Source: Chromatiales bacterium 21-64-14 (lineage in GTDB: Bacteria; Pseudomonadota; Gammaproteobacteria; 21-64-14). From it: DNA of 64,000 nucleotides. Position numbers and translations under genes: made by a program. How positions within the stretch are numbered: the stretch's first letter is position 1; every line of letters begins with the position of its first letter. Shown here one piece after another: positions 40,857 through 53,100 of the stretch. The stretch spans positions 18,742 through 82,741 of the forward strand of contig NCBI01000006.1 of assembly GCA_002255365.1 (NCBI GenBank), read 5' to 3'. The notes under the pieces are model-generated. The model was not told the origin of the DNA. It saw only the letters and a list, made by a program, of their open reading frames with translations, and made no database searches.

Positions 40857-41579
40857 ATGGGTGCTGACAGACATTTTCGGATTTTGCGCTTGGCGGCAAT
40901 CCTGCTGACGGCGGTGCTGGCCTCGGCGTGCGCGTCGATGCCGTACTCCCACCCGGAAGCCTACAAACCGATGGAATTGCCGAAAATTCCTCCGCCGCAG
41001 AGGAACGGAGCGATCTACCAGGCGGGTTATAGTGTCGGGATCTTCGAGGACCCGAAGGCACGGCGGGTTGGAGATTTGCTTACCATAGTCCTGGCGGAGA
41101 ATACCCAGGCATCGAAGAGCGCCAGCACCACCGCCAAGAAGACGGACACCGTGGATATCGCGAATCCGACTATCCTGGGCTCTCCGGTGCAGTTCGCCGC
41201 GCCGGGACTGCTCCCGCTCCTTACCAACCGCAATAACAATTTGGCGAATTCCCTTTCTTCTTCGAATAACTTCGCGGGTGCCGGAGACACGAGCCAGAGC
41301 AACAGCCTGACCGGGAATATCACGGTGATGGTCACACACGTGATGTCCAACGGAAATCTGGTAGTGGAGGGTGACAAGCACCTTACGTTGAATCAGGGTG
41401 ACGAGGTGATCCACATCCAAGGCATCGTGCGTCCGGTCGATGTGCAGGACGACAACACGGTGTTGTCCACGCGGGTGGGCGACGCCGTGATCACCTATCG
41501 CGGGAAGGGCGTGGTGGCCGATGCCAGCAAGATGGGGTGGCTGTCGCGCTTCTTTATAAGTGTTTTCTGGCCGTTCTGA
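40857..41579 (+). CDS. flgH: flagellar L-ring lipoprotein FlgH
   Basis: Lipobox LASAC after ATG 40857; conserved FlgH core ([10 protein letters not shown]...[13 protein letters not shown]). Confidence 0.85.
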   Translation: MGADRHFRILRLAAILLTAVLASACASMPYSHPEAYKPMELPKIPPPQRNGAIYQAGYSVGIFEDPKARRVGDLLTIVLAENTQASKSASTTAKKTDTVDIANPTILGSPVQFAAPGLLPLLTNRNNNLANSLSSSNNFAGAGDTSQSNSLTGNITVMVTHVMSNGNLVVEGDKHLTLNQGDEVIHIQGIVRPVDVQDDNTVLSTRVGDAVITYRGKGVVADASKMGWLSRFFISVFWPF

Positions 41580-41685
41580 GGTTTCCGGTCCAATGGATGC
41601 CGCCCTAAACAGATGCGAGGCGAACGAGATGACCGTAGACACCCGGATTGCTGGTGGTGGGCCCGGTACGCGCGGCGAGTGGCGC

Positions 41686-42813
41686 ATGCCCGGCACTGGA
41701 TTCGGGGCACGGGTCGCGGCCGGTGTTTCCCTGCTCATGCTGCTCGTTATGACCGCGGCGCCGGCCTTGGCCGAACGCGTGCAGGACCTCGCGTCGGTGG
41801 CCGGTGTACGCAACAACCAGCTGGTCGGCTACGGTCTTGTGGTCGGGCTCGACGGTACTGGAGATCAGACCAGCCAGGCGCCGTTCACGGTCCAGAGCCT
41901 GATGAATATGCTGACCCAGTACGGAGTCACGCTTCCGCCCAACGCCAACCCGCAGCTCAAGAACATCGCGGCGGTGTCGGTGAGCGCGGAGCTGCCACCG
42001 TTCGCGAAGCCGGGACAGGCGATCGACGTGACGGTCTCATCGATCGGCAACGCTAAGAGCCTGCGCGGCGGTACGTTGTTGATGACACCGTTGCATGGGG
42101 CCGACGGACAGGTCTACGCCATCGCTCAGGGCAACCTGCTGGTGGGCGGTTTTGGGGCGTCGGGTAGCAGTGGTTCCAGCGTGACGGTGAACATCCCAAG
42201 CGTGGGAAGCATTCCCAACGGCGCGACGGTTGAACGTTCGGTGCCCACATCCTTCGATGCGGGTAACACCGTCCAGTTGAACCTGGATAGCCCGGATTTT
42301 ACTACCTCGTACCGGGTTGCTGAGGCAATCAACAAGGCGATCGGGGAGGGGACGGCGCAGCCGGTGGACGGCAGCTCGATCCGCGTGAACGCGCCTACAG
42401 ACGCGGCGCAGCGGGTAGCCTTCGTCTCGATGATCGAAAATATCCAGGTCCACCCCGGAACGGTCCCGGCGCGGGTGATCATTAACGCGCGCACCGGCAC
42501 CGTGGTTATCGGCAGCGGGGTGATGGTATTGCCGGCGGCGGTGGCGCACGGGAATCTTTCGGTGACCATCTCCGAACAACCCCTGGTGAGCCAGCCCGGA
42601 CCGCTTTCCAACGGCACCACCCAGGTAGTCCCGCAGACCAGTATCCAGATCACCGAGCAGAAGCGGCGGTTGTTTGTGCTCAAGCCGGGCGTGACGTTGG
42701 ACGACTTGGTGCGGGCCATCAATAAGGTGGGCGCCACACCCAGCGATCTGGTCGCGATCCTGGAGGCCTTGCACGCGGCGGGTGCGCTGCGGGCCCAACT
42801 GATCGTCATTTAA
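41686..42813 (+). CDS. flgI: flagellar P-ring protein FlgI
   Basis: Signal peptide then [31 protein letters not shown]; start ATG 41686 (alt 41632). Confidence 0.85.
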   Translation: MPGTGFGARVAAGVSLLMLLVMTAAPALAERVQDLASVAGVRNNQLVGYGLVVGLDGTGDQTSQAPFTVQSLMNMLTQYGVTLPPNANPQLKNIAAVSVSAELPPFAKPGQAIDVTVSSIGNAKSLRGGTLLMTPLHGADGQVYAIAQGNLLVGGFGASGSSGSSVTVNIPSVGSIPNGATVERSVPTSFDAGNTVQLNLDSPDFTTSYRVAEAINKAIGEGTAQPVDGSSIRVNAPTDAAQRVAFVSMIENIQVHPGTVPARVIINARTGTVVIGSGVMVLPAAVAHGNLSVTISEQPLVSQPGPLSNGTTQVVPQTSIQITEQKRRLFVLKPGVTLDDLVRAINKVGATPSDLVAILEALHAAGALRAQLIVI

Positions 42814-42899
42814 TCCTAGTCGATGGACATACGGATGCGTTCTAGGTGCGGTGCCAGAGGTATGGGAGCCAGGCATAACGGTCCACCGGAGCCCGCGTC

Positions 42900-43898
42900 A
42901 TGACTGCGCCGATGGTGGATCCTGGGGTCTACCTGGATTTCCAGGGCCTCAACCGATTGAAGGCGGAGGCAGGTCGGGATTCGCCCGGCGCGGTGGCACA
43001 GGCCGCGCGCCAGTTCGAAGCGCTGTTTCTCCAAATGATGTTGAAGAGCATGCGCAAGGCCACGGAGGGCCTGGGCCATGGCCTGTTGGATAACGATCAG
43101 ACCCGCTTCTACCAGGGACTGGCGGATCAGCAACTGGCCCTGTCCATGTCCCGGAATTCCGGGCTGGGCTTGGCGAAGTTGCTGGTGGAACAGCTCGGGG
43201 GCCACCACGCCGACAAGGTGCAGCCGGGCGCGGTGTCCGGCGCGGGCATCAGCCTGTTGAGAGCGTCTGTACGGAAGGGGCTACCCCTACATCGGCAACA
43301 GCAACGCGCCTTTCCGTTGGGACCTCAGGTACGGACACCGGGGACGGTAGCGACCGACGTGCCCGCGGGAAGTCCCCCCGAGGGAGGCCCCTCCAGTGGC
43401 CCGGCTGCCTTCGTACACAAGGTGTGGCCGCTGGCGCAAACCGCGGCGGCGGCCTTGGGGGTCAGCCCAGTGGTGCTGTTGGCGCAGGCGGCGCTCGAGA
43501 CGGGTTGGGGGAGCGCGGTCATCCACCATCCGAACGGACTCAGTAGCCACAACCTGTTTGGGATCAAGGCCGGTTCCGGTTGGAGTGGCCCCAGCGTGGG
43601 AGTTTCCACCGTGGAGTACCAGGACGGAACCGCGGTGCGCCGCGTGGAGCCGTTCCGGGCCTACGGGTCCTATGCCGAAAGCTTTGCGGACTATGTCCAT
43701 TTGCTCAAGCAGAGCCCACGTTATCAGCAGGCCTTAGCCAGCGGCGGGGATCCGGTGGCCTTTGCCACCGCCCTGCAGGAGGCCGGTTACGCTACCGACC
43801 CCAACTATGCCGCCAAACTCCAGGGCGTATTGGGAGGCGCGACCCTGCGGGATGCCCTATCGTCCCTCAAGGAGACCGACGGTCGGCCGTTAATCTGA
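42900..43898 (+). CDS. flgJ: flagellar rod assembly protein / peptidoglycan hydrolase FlgJ
   Basis: N-terminal FlgJ rod-capping domain (QFEALFLQMMLKSMRKA) plus C-terminal glucosaminidase domain (AQAALETGWGSA...NLFGIKAG). Confidence 0.8.
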   Translation: MTAPMVDPGVYLDFQGLNRLKAEAGRDSPGAVAQAARQFEALFLQMMLKSMRKATEGLGHGLLDNDQTRFYQGLADQQLALSMSRNSGLGLAKLLVEQLGGHHADKVQPGAVSGAGISLLRASVRKGLPLHRQQQRAFPLGPQVRTPGTVATDVPAGSPPEGGPSSGPAAFVHKVWPLAQTAAAALGVSPVVLLAQAALETGWGSAVIHHPNGLSSHNLFGIKAGSGWSGPSVGVSTVEYQDGTAVRRVEPFRAYGSYAESFADYVHLLKQSPRYQQALASGGDPVAFATALQEAGYATDPNYAAKLQGVLGGATLRDALSSLKETDGRPLI

Positions 43899-43985
43899 AG
43901 GACGAGCGGAAAACCGTAGGGGCTGCCGTGAAATACCGATTTGACGTCCACCTCTATCGGACGGGACTCCCGGAGGAGTGCTGAA

Positions 43986-45908
43986 ATGGCCGACCTGCTG
44001 AGTATCGGGGCCTCCGCGCTCCTCGCGGACCAGACGTTGCTGAATACCGTTAGCCAAAATATAGCTAACGTCAATACGCCGAGCTATTCCCGCCAACGGG
44101 TGAATCTGACTCCCCAGCAGGCGCAGTTTACCGGTGCGGGTTACATCGGTAGCGGTGTGCAGGTGAGCGGGGTTCAGCGCGTCTACGATCAATTTCTTAA
44201 CAATCAGGTGGTGACCAATACTTCCGCACAGAATCAGTTGCAGCAGCTCTACCAGCTGTCGAGCCAAGTGGACAATTTGTTGGGCACGAGCGGTTCAGGT
44301 GTCACTACCGCCGTCCAAAACTTCTTCAATTCCGTGCAGGATGTGGCCAATAGCCCCACGTCCACCGCTACCCGGGAGGCCTTGTTGGGTAGCGGCCAAT
44401 CCGTGGTGCAGACCTTCAATACCCTGAGTGCTCAGCTCACCAGCCTGGACAGCGGCGTCAATCAGAACCTGACGAACGCGGCGTCGAATATTACCAGCCT
44501 TGCCCAGGGAATCGCGCAGTTGAACCAGCAGATCGTCAACGCGCAGGCCGCGGGCCAGGGCGTGAGCCCCAACGATCTCCTGGATCAGCGTGATGCCCTG
44601 GTAACCCAGCTCGCCCAGCAGGTTGGAGTCACTACCAGCACGGAGAGCAATGGAGCACTGGATGTCTCCATTGGAAGTGGCCAGTCTCTGGTGGTGGGGC
44701 TGAAGGCCGCCACCCTCGCCACGGTCAACAACTCTGTGAACCCTTCCCGGAAGGACATCACCCTGACCTTTGGTAGCCAGTCGGTGGTCGTGACCAATCA
44801 GATCACTGGGGGGCAGGTGGGCGGCATGCTGCAGTTCCGTACGAACGTGCTGGATCCCGCCCTCAACGGGCTAGGCCGCGTCGCTATCGGATTGGCCGGT
44901 ACCTTCAACAAGCAGCAGCAACTGGGTATGGACCTAAATGGTCAGCTCGGCGGTAATTTCTTTACCGTGCCCCAGCCACAGGTTTTGCCGAATCCCGGTA
45001 ATAGCGGATCGATCAGCGTCGGGTTCAGCAATGTCGGCAATCTAACGACTTCAGACTATACGTTGGCTTACAACGGGAGCAGTTACACCCTGACCCGGCT
45101 TAGTGACGGGAAGAATATTCCAATGTCCGGCGCCGGGACGTCGACCAACCCGTTCGTTGCCGATGGCTTGAGTATCGTGGTGGGGCCGGGAGCGGCCGCC
45201 GGCGATCAGTACCTGATCCAGCCCACGCGCCTGGGCGCCGCCCAGATAGGCATGGCAATTACTGATCCCAGCAAGGTCGCCGCGGCGGCCCCGGTGCAGA
45301 TCAATGCCGCTACGAATTCCACCGGGACGCCGACCAATGCCGGCTCCGGGAGCTTTACCAACGTCGCTGCGACGACGGCCAGCGGCCTACCCCTGAGCAG
45401 CAACGTGACATTTACCTATGATGCCACGGCGAAGGTCTTCAACTATTCAGGCGCTGTGAGTGGGAGTTTCGCCTATGACCCGACGGTCGACAGCGGCAAG
45501 ACGTTTTCGGCCGGGGGCATTCAGTTCACCGTCACCGGGACTCCGGCCACTGGCGATCAGTTCGTCATGTCCAATAACACCAGCGGGTCCGGTGACAACA
45601 GCAACGCGGTGTTGCTGGCGGGCCTGCAGAGTCAGCCGCTCCTCGCATCGGGCACGGCCACCTACTCCGACACCTACGGGCAAGTCGTGGCGAATATCGG
45701 CAGCCAGACTCAGCAGGCCAACATTGCCCAGCAGGCGCAGACCGCACTGCTGCAGCAGGCACAACAGGCCCGGGACTCGGTATCCGGGGTGAACCTGGAC
45801 GAGGAGGCCGCAAACATGATCAAGTTTCAGCAAGCCTATCAAGCGGCTGCGCAGGTCATTTCGGTGTCCAACACCTTGTTTCAGTCCCTCCTCAGCGCGG
45901 TGAGGTAA
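43986..45908 (+). CDS. flgK: flagellar hook-associated protein 1 FlgK
   Basis: ATG 43986 after GGAGGA RBS (MADLLSIGASAL); conserved HAP1 N and C termini. Confidence 0.85.
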   Translation: MADLLSIGASALLADQTLLNTVSQNIANVNTPSYSRQRVNLTPQQAQFTGAGYIGSGVQVSGVQRVYDQFLNNQVVTNTSAQNQLQQLYQLSSQVDNLLGTSGSGVTTAVQNFFNSVQDVANSPTSTATREALLGSGQSVVQTFNTLSAQLTSLDSGVNQNLTNAASNITSLAQGIAQLNQQIVNAQAAGQGVSPNDLLDQRDALVTQLAQQVGVTTSTESNGALDVSIGSGQSLVVGLKAATLATVNNSVNPSRKDITLTFGSQSVVVTNQITGGQVGGMLQFRTNVLDPALNGLGRVAIGLAGTFNKQQQLGMDLNGQLGGNFFTVPQPQVLPNPGNSGSISVGFSNVGNLTTSDYTLAYNGSSYTLTRLSDGKNIPMSGAGTSTNPFVADGLSIVVGPGAAAGDQYLIQPTRLGAAQIGMAITDPSKVAAAAPVQINAATNSTGTPTNAGSGSFTNVAATTASGLPLSSNVTFTYDATAKVFNYSGAVSGSFAYDPTVDSGKTFSAGGIQFTVTGTPATGDQFVMSNNTSGSGDNSNAVLLAGLQSQPLLASGTATYSDTYGQVVANIGSQTQQANIAQQAQTALLQQAQQARDSVSGVNLDEEAANMIKFQQAYQAAAQVISVSNTLFQSLLSAVR

Positions 45909-45914
45909 TCGGCC

Positions 45915-46817
45915 ATGCGTATCGCCACGATCGACATGTTTCAGCAGGGCACCGCGAGCATCCTGAACCAGCAGACCCTGCTGAGCCAGACGCAGCAGCA
46001 ACTGGCGACCGGGCAGCAGCTGCTCAGTCCGTCGGACAATCCCGCTGCGGCGGCGCAGGTGCAGAGCCTGGATGTGTCGATCAGTCAGACCAATCAGTAT
46101 CAAACCAATGCCGATGCTGCGACTGCTAGCCTCAATGTAGAAAACAGTGCTCTGACTTCCGTGGTCAATGGTCTGCAGAGCGCCAGGGACTTGGCCGTGC
46201 AGGGTCTGAACGGGACGCAGAGCGCGCAGGCACGCCAGGGCATCGCGACCCAGGTGCAGCAGATCCTTGATCAGGTCGTGAGCGTCGCCAATACTCAGGA
46301 TGTTAATGGGAAGTACATATTCGCCGGGTACAGCAGCGGCAGTGCACCGGTGAGCGCAACGGGTACCACCTACACCTATACGGGAGACAGTGGCCAGCGA
46401 CTCGCGCAGATCGGGCCGAGCCGGCAGGTCGCGGTGGGTGATTCCGGTTCCGCGGTGTTCATGAATGTCCCCGCGAGTGGGGGTGGGAAGCAGAGCGTCT
46501 TCAAGACCTTGTCGGACCTGATTGCGGGCTTGCAGGCCAACAACCCGAGTCAGAGTTCCCTGACGAATCTGGACAACGCGCTCAATAATGTTCTGACTGT
46601 GCAGACAGAGATCGGGTCGCGCCTCAATGCAATTTCCGACCAAAAAAATCTAAATACCAATTTCCTCACCCAAGTAACGACAAACCGGTCGCAACTGGCG
46701 GATGTGAACGTCGCCCAGGCTTCAATCCAACTCAATCAGCAGCTTCTGGCCTTGCAGGCGGCTCAACAGAGCTTTGCCAAGATCCAGGGCCTGTCCTTGT
46801 TTAATTACCTGCGCTGA
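45915..46817 (+). CDS. flgL: flagellar hook-associated protein 3 FlgL
   Basis: Flagellin-like N/C termini; follows flgK. Confidence 0.8.
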   Translation: MRIATIDMFQQGTASILNQQTLLSQTQQQLATGQQLLSPSDNPAAAAQVQSLDVSISQTNQYQTNADAATASLNVENSALTSVVNGLQSARDLAVQGLNGTQSAQARQGIATQVQQILDQVVSVANTQDVNGKYIFAGYSSGSAPVSATGTTYTYTGDSGQRLAQIGPSRQVAVGDSGSAVFMNVPASGGGKQSVFKTLSDLIAGLQANNPSQSSLTNLDNALNNVLTVQTEIGSRLNAISDQKNLNTNFLTQVTTNRSQLADVNVAQASIQLNQQLLALQAAQQSFAKIQGLSLFNYLR

Positions 46818-46847
46818 GCCACGGCGGGCGCACGACACGCGGCAATG

Positions 46848-46863
46848 TGGTACGAAGCTTGCA
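46848..46863 (+). promoter_or_regulatory. candidate sigma-54 promoter (TGGTAC-N5-TTGCA) upstream of the giant gene
   Basis: GG-N10-GC spacing correct; one mismatch to the -24 consensus; ~260 nt leader. Confidence 0.35.
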
Positions 46864-47122
46864 TCTTGCATTGAGTCTCATGCGAGCTGCTGCGTGGCTC
46901 GCCGTTCTCCTCGGCGAAGGGATGCGACCGTGACGGCAGAACACGGAAATACGAGCCCGGCCGGTCCGAATGCCTGCCGTATACCCGCACGTCAGCCAGC
47001 GCCGGTGCCCATGCGCCGCGTGGTCACCGAGTTGCGGCCAGATTGCGCCTGGCCTGGCCGGTGGTCGGAATCCCTTAGTGGCGCTCGCGCCTGTCTCGCG
47101 CCAAACACGTGGGTCCCAAACA

Positions 47123-50100
47123 ATGGATGCGGATGAATTGTTGATCGCTTGTGTGGCGGAAGACCGTCGTGATCACCACATCAAGGTCGCGAATCTGGTC
47201 GGTACGATCAGGTCTTTCGGCGGGAGTTTAGCGAGCGCTCGAATCGCGGTTAATTACGTCGAGTCTGTCGATTCCGGAATCCGCGCATCGCTCGAGGAAG
47301 CGGGTGCCGATGTGAGGGTCGTGCCGCGGTTTGATCCGCGCTGTCCGCATGCCAACAAGCTTCGTATGTTGGAACAGGTGGCAGGTGTGGGCCTGCTCGT
47401 CGCCATGGATGTCGATATGGCTGTGGTTAGGGACTTCCGCTCACAACTCCACACGGGTGGGATAAGCGCCAAGATCGTCGATCTTAATCCCTTGAGTGAG
47501 ACGCAGTGGCACCAGCTTTTTGACTACGCAGGGCTGCCGATGCCCGGGCAGCGATACGTATGTAGTTCCGATGGTGGCGTGGTCCCCCCGTATTTCAATA
47601 GTGGCCTGCTTACCATTCCAGTGCAGTGGATATCGTCCCTGCGCGCGAGCTGGGGTGCATACGTGGCATGGCTGCTCGACGCCAGAATGGACCTGCCTTG
47701 GCTTGAACAGCACGCGTTCTTTACCGACCAACTGGCACTCGCCCTCGCACTGCAGGCGATCCAGTGCCCGGTAATACCACTGCCGATTGAAATGAACTTC
47801 CCAACCCATATACCAGTGGCACCCAACTTCCATCCGGACGATGTAGAGCCATATATAGTTCACTACCATGACCGCGTGAATGCGGACGGAACCTTGGGTC
47901 TTACGGCTTACCGTGCACCCAATCTGGGGATCAAGCGGGTAAACGAATCGATTATAGGCAACATAACCCTCGGCGATGCCGGTACAGCATCGGACCGATT
48001 CAGTAATTCGGTGTTCTGGGAAAAACATTATCGAGACGCGCCTGATCTCGGTTCCGGGGTCGGATCGCGGGCGCAGTTTGCGCGGTATAAGAGCGTGATT
48101 ATTGACCAGCTCACGCAGGAAATGGGGCCTGCCAGTGTGTTGGATGTGGGTTGTGGTGATCTCGCATCAGTCGCGGGCCGACCATGGCCCGAATATACCG
48201 GAATTGACATAGCAGGATGCGTAATAGAGCGCAATCGAACGGCATTTCCGCATTGGAAGTTTCTCCCCGGCGATTTTCTGGAGTTATCTGAGAGTGCTGA
48301 CATCGACGCGGATTTGGTGCTGTGCTTTGACGTCCTGATCCATGAGCATGACCCAATCCGATATGAACAAATTGTTGGGAAATTGCTTCGATCGACAGGC
48401 CGCTGCCTGATGATCGGAGGGTACGACTCCCCCCCATTGCAACGGTACTCCAGTGGGATTAACGCGTTTCATGAACCGCTGTCGGATACCCTTCGCCGCT
48501 ACGGCGTGACTCGAATTGTACGGATTGGTGGCTACCGGGGGGTGACCATGCTGCGGGTAGACCTCGACGATGGGTTGGTCACTCCGCAGCGTAGGCGTAG
48601 TGAAAAAGACGACGATCGGGGGTTCGCGATATTGCGCAGCGGCACGCGGGATGACACGACGCCGGACCGGCCGCAGGAATCCAGTATTACCTCGGGCGTG
48701 GCGAAGGTTTCCTCAGCGCACATGAGTCCGGAACCGGTAGCTGAAGGTGAATCCCCTGAGGTTGGGGATATGCCACAAGCCATCCTCATTGTCGGGATGC
48801 ATCGCAGTGGAACGTCAGCGCTGGCGCGGGTGTTGAACCTGCACGGTGTCCGTCTCGGATCCCGGATGATCCCCCCTCAGGACGATAATGCGCGCGGGTT
48901 CTGGGAGCATCCCGCTGTCATGGCGCTAAATGAACGTGTGTTGGCGTATTTCGGAGGAGCATGGGATCGTCCTGGTCCACTGAGGAATGATGGCCAGAGT
49001 CTGGAGGAGTTCACGGCACTGTTGAACGATGCAGCGACATTAGTGGACGGCGAGTTCTCGGCTACGAAGCTTTGGGGCATCAAGGACCCGCGCTTGTGCC
49101 GTACGCTCCCGTTTTGGCACCGCGTGCTGGAGCGCGCGCGGACTGAGTCGCGGCACGTTCTTGTCATCCGTAACCCGCTGGAAATCGCTGCCTCCTTGGC
49201 GAAGCGAGATGGGTTCTCGCAGACGAGGTCACTTCTGCTCTGGTTCAGATATCTTTTGGACGCCGAGCACGACAGCCGTGGCACCAAGCGCGTCTTTATT
49301 ACCTACGAGCAATTACTCGGTGATTGGAGAAGCGCGATTCGGCATCTTGCCTCCGGTCTTGGAGTCGTCCTGGATCCGGAGACGGAAACCGTCGCGCGTC
49401 GCGTGGAGGCCTTCCTTTCTCCGCAGCTGCGGCATCACCACATGAGGCGACCGCCCACGGTCCAAGACCACGCCCGGTTGGGCCCGCTGGCCGCCGAGTT
49501 CTATGATGCCTTACTCGCAGCGTCACACGGTGATGAAAGTGGACTCGCTGACCTGGATCGGTTGCGGTCGGATATTGAACTTCTGGAGCAGGATTTTAAC
49601 CATAAGAATGCAGCTCCCGAATCCACATCGGGCGCAATACGGAGCATGGTAGAGCCGGAGGCAATCCTTCGCCAGTTGGGCCGGCCGTTACGCGTCGGGA
49701 TCCTTTCTACCGAGAGGAAGGAATGGGGGTGCGCGCACATTCGTCTAGTCAGCCCATTGGCATCTCTCCAGAAGCAGGTGGAGGTCATCTGGGCGGTCCC
49801 TGAAGCGGACGCAACCGCGAGGATCGATTTCGAGCTGCTCGATTCCGCCGATTTGTTTGTTGTCCAAAGGTTCTTCCCATCCGCGGTCAACATGGAGTTG
49901 ATCCGGCTGTTGTTGTCTTCGGGAAAGCCGGTGATCTACGAGGCCGACGACCTCGTAACGGCGATTCCGGAGGCTAACCCTGGGTACGCCGTGGCAGCGG
50001 CAATGCGGCCGTATATTCTGGAAACGGTGACGTCCGTGCATGCGCTGACGGTTTCGACGGAAGAGCTGCGGCGGGCTTTTGCGTCGTACAACAGCAATAT

Positions 50101-53100
50101 TTATATTTTGCCAAACCTGCTGGATGACCGTTTGTGGAATCGGGAGCCGGTCGACGGGAGCGCCGTAGTCGTGATCGGCTATGTCGGCACCTGGACCCAC
50201 CTGGATGACTTGGAAATCATCGAGCCGGCACTCGAAATCATTGCGAAAATATATGGTAGCCGCGTACGGTTCGAATTCGCTGGCTGCATCTCAGAGCGTC
50301 TGAGGGGGCTGCCCAATCTGACGGTGCGAGAGTTTCAGCCGGGCTACGCTGCTTATGCACAGACCCTGCAGGGCCTTGGCGTTGACATCGCGGTGGCGCC
50401 GCTTCGTGATACCGCGTTCAACCGGGTAAAGAGCAATATTAAATGGCTGGAATATTCCGCCTGCGGGATCGCGGGTGTCTACTCAGCAGTTCCGCCCTAT
50501 GTTGCGGACGTGGTGCATGGGGAAACGGGTTTGCTGGCAGGGGAGGATGTGGATGAATGGGTCAATGCGATCGCGAGTTTGGTGGAAAGCCGGGACCGGC
50601 GATTGGCGATCGCTGGTAAGGCGCGGGAACGGGTGTTGGCCGACTACACGGCGAGCCGTGGCGCCCGATCCTACCTTCAGGCCTATGTGGACGTGCTTGC
50701 TAACTTCCAAACCAGACCAAATCGCATGCCGCAGATATCGGCTGAGTACGAGCTTTGGCGGGAGCGCCGTTCCCACAGGGTAGCGACGAGGTTGGACGGG
50801 CTCCGCGATGCGCCCGCCATTCATCTCATCGTCTGCCTCCACGAGGGACAGGAGGCGGCGCTAGCCGATACCGTTGATACGCTCGCCGCGCAGACCTACG
50901 GTGGATGGGGCCTTAGTGTTGTCGCGGATTTTCCATGCCGACAGCCGGACTTCGAGGCGCTGCCGATGTGCGAATGGGTAGCGTCCGACGGCGAGTTCCA
51001 GGATACGGTAAATCAGCTTGTGGCCACTTCGCAGGCTGATTGGTTGGCGCAGATCGATGTCGGAGACCGCTTCGATGCGTCCTTGCTTGCCAGCTTGGCG
51101 CACTACTTGGCTCTGTTCGGCGATTGGCGGGTGGTTTATGTGGATGAAGATGTATGGTTGGCGGACGGGCGCCGTGTCGCCCCTAAATTCAAGCCGGATT
51201 TCAACTTAGATTTGCTTCGTTCTACACCCTATGTAGGCGCCCTCTGTTTCGTGCGCAGGGATGTGTTGGTCGCGATCGGAGGATTTTCGGGCGGGGATGG
51301 CCTAAGCCGAACGTATGATACCGTGCTGCGAGTGCTGGAACATTCGGGGGAAAAGTCGGTCGGTCATGTGCCAGATTTACTTTTCCACCGCAGTGGCGGC
51401 AATGCTGCCGCAGTGGATTTCGCCGCCTCACACGGTGTATGTCGAAGACATCTGGAAGCGCATCTGCAGCGTTGTGGCGTGCACGCGGTTGTTCATCAGG
51501 GTCGTGCCGAGGGTACCCAGTTTATCGAGTATCCAGTGGGCGAACACTGCCGCGTGTCTGTGGTGATCCCCACCGATGGACGTTTGCGGTTTCTTGAGCC
51601 ATGTATCCGGACGGTACTTTCCAACACGGAGTACCCGGACCTCGAAGTCGTCGTGGTGACCGGAACGGAACAGGATCCTAGCCTGGGCCAGTGCCTGTAC
51701 GAACTAATGGCTTGCGACAACCGGGTGCGTGTGGTTTCGAGCGGCGGAGAAAATGGGGTTACGGCGGCTCTGGACGCGGGGGTCCGGGAGGCGTCAGGAG
51801 AATATGTGCTGCTGTTGCACGACGACACATTGATAGTCCAGAAGGACTGGTTGAGCCGGATGGTATCCCTCGCCAAGCGCGACGACGTTGGTGTCGTAGG
51901 GGTAAGGCTGGTGTTCCCTGACCAGCGGATACAGAACTCGGGGATCATCCTGGGCGGCGGCCCCTGGGGCGTTGCGGAGTGCCGGGATGTTGGGAAAACG
52001 CTGACGGACCCAGGGTACCTGGGGCGTCTTGCCTGCGTCCAGGACCTTTCCGCGGTTAGCGGGGCTTGTCTGATGATCCGCGCTGAACTGTACCGACAGG
52101 TCATGGCGACCGAGATGGCGGCGGCGGGACATTTCTGGGATGTGGCCTTGTGTCTGCGAGTGGGTAGGTTGGGGTACAAGGTGGTGTGGACCCCGTACGT
52201 GACGGTGGTCCACCATCATACATCCGTGCGTGAGGCGTGTGATGCTGATCGGCACGGGATCGAGCGGGACGCGGCGCGGATGCGGGCACAGTGGCTGGGA
52301 CGACTTGCGAGTGACCCGGCCTATAACCGCAATCTTTCGCTCACGGGTGGGGGTTGGCGCCCGGATGTAAACCTTTTTTGTCCGTGGGATCCGGCACTCC
52401 GTGAGGACCACCGGATCGTCGGGGTCGGGGCCGGCTCCTACGGATCCTGGCGCTATCGCCTCGCGGATCCCCTGGCGGGCCTCGAGGGCGCAGGGCGTGC
52501 CCGCCCGATGGTCGTCGAGTATTACAGTGAGACAGCGCCCATGCCTACGGTGACGGAGCTCGCGCGGTTAGGGCCCGATACCCTCTTCATGCACAACGCT
52601 GTTCACGATTCGCAGATTGCCCTCATCAAGGAGTACAGGGAACTCCGCCAGGGATTCGTGGTGTTCGGGCAGGACGACCTGATGTTCGAGCTTCCCGGGA
52701 AAAATCCCTTCCAGAAAACCGTGTTCAAGGACATCAAGCGCCGGCTGCGGACCTGTATTGGTTTGGCGGACCGCTTGGTCGTGACGACGGAACCGTTGGC
52801 AGAGGCCTACCGGGAGTGGGCCCAGGATGTGCGGATCGTGCCGAACTATCTCGAACGCTCGGTCTGGGGCGCACTTCGGTCAGAACGCCGGACCGCGCGG
52901 CGACCCCGGGTTGGCTGGGCGGGGGCAATGCAGCACGGTGGGGATCTGGAGCTCCTGATCGAGGTAGTGAAAGAAACCGCGGGTGAATTGGATTGGGTGT
53001 TCTTTGGGATGTGTCTGGAGGAACTGCGGCCATTGGCGGCAGAACTGTGCCCGGCGGTGGCTTTTGACGACTATCCCAAGGTGCTGGCACGGCTGAACCT

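Noticed and set aside
45447-46643. 398-aa minus-strand ORF across flgK/flgL
   Set aside because: Antisense to flgK/flgL; artefact
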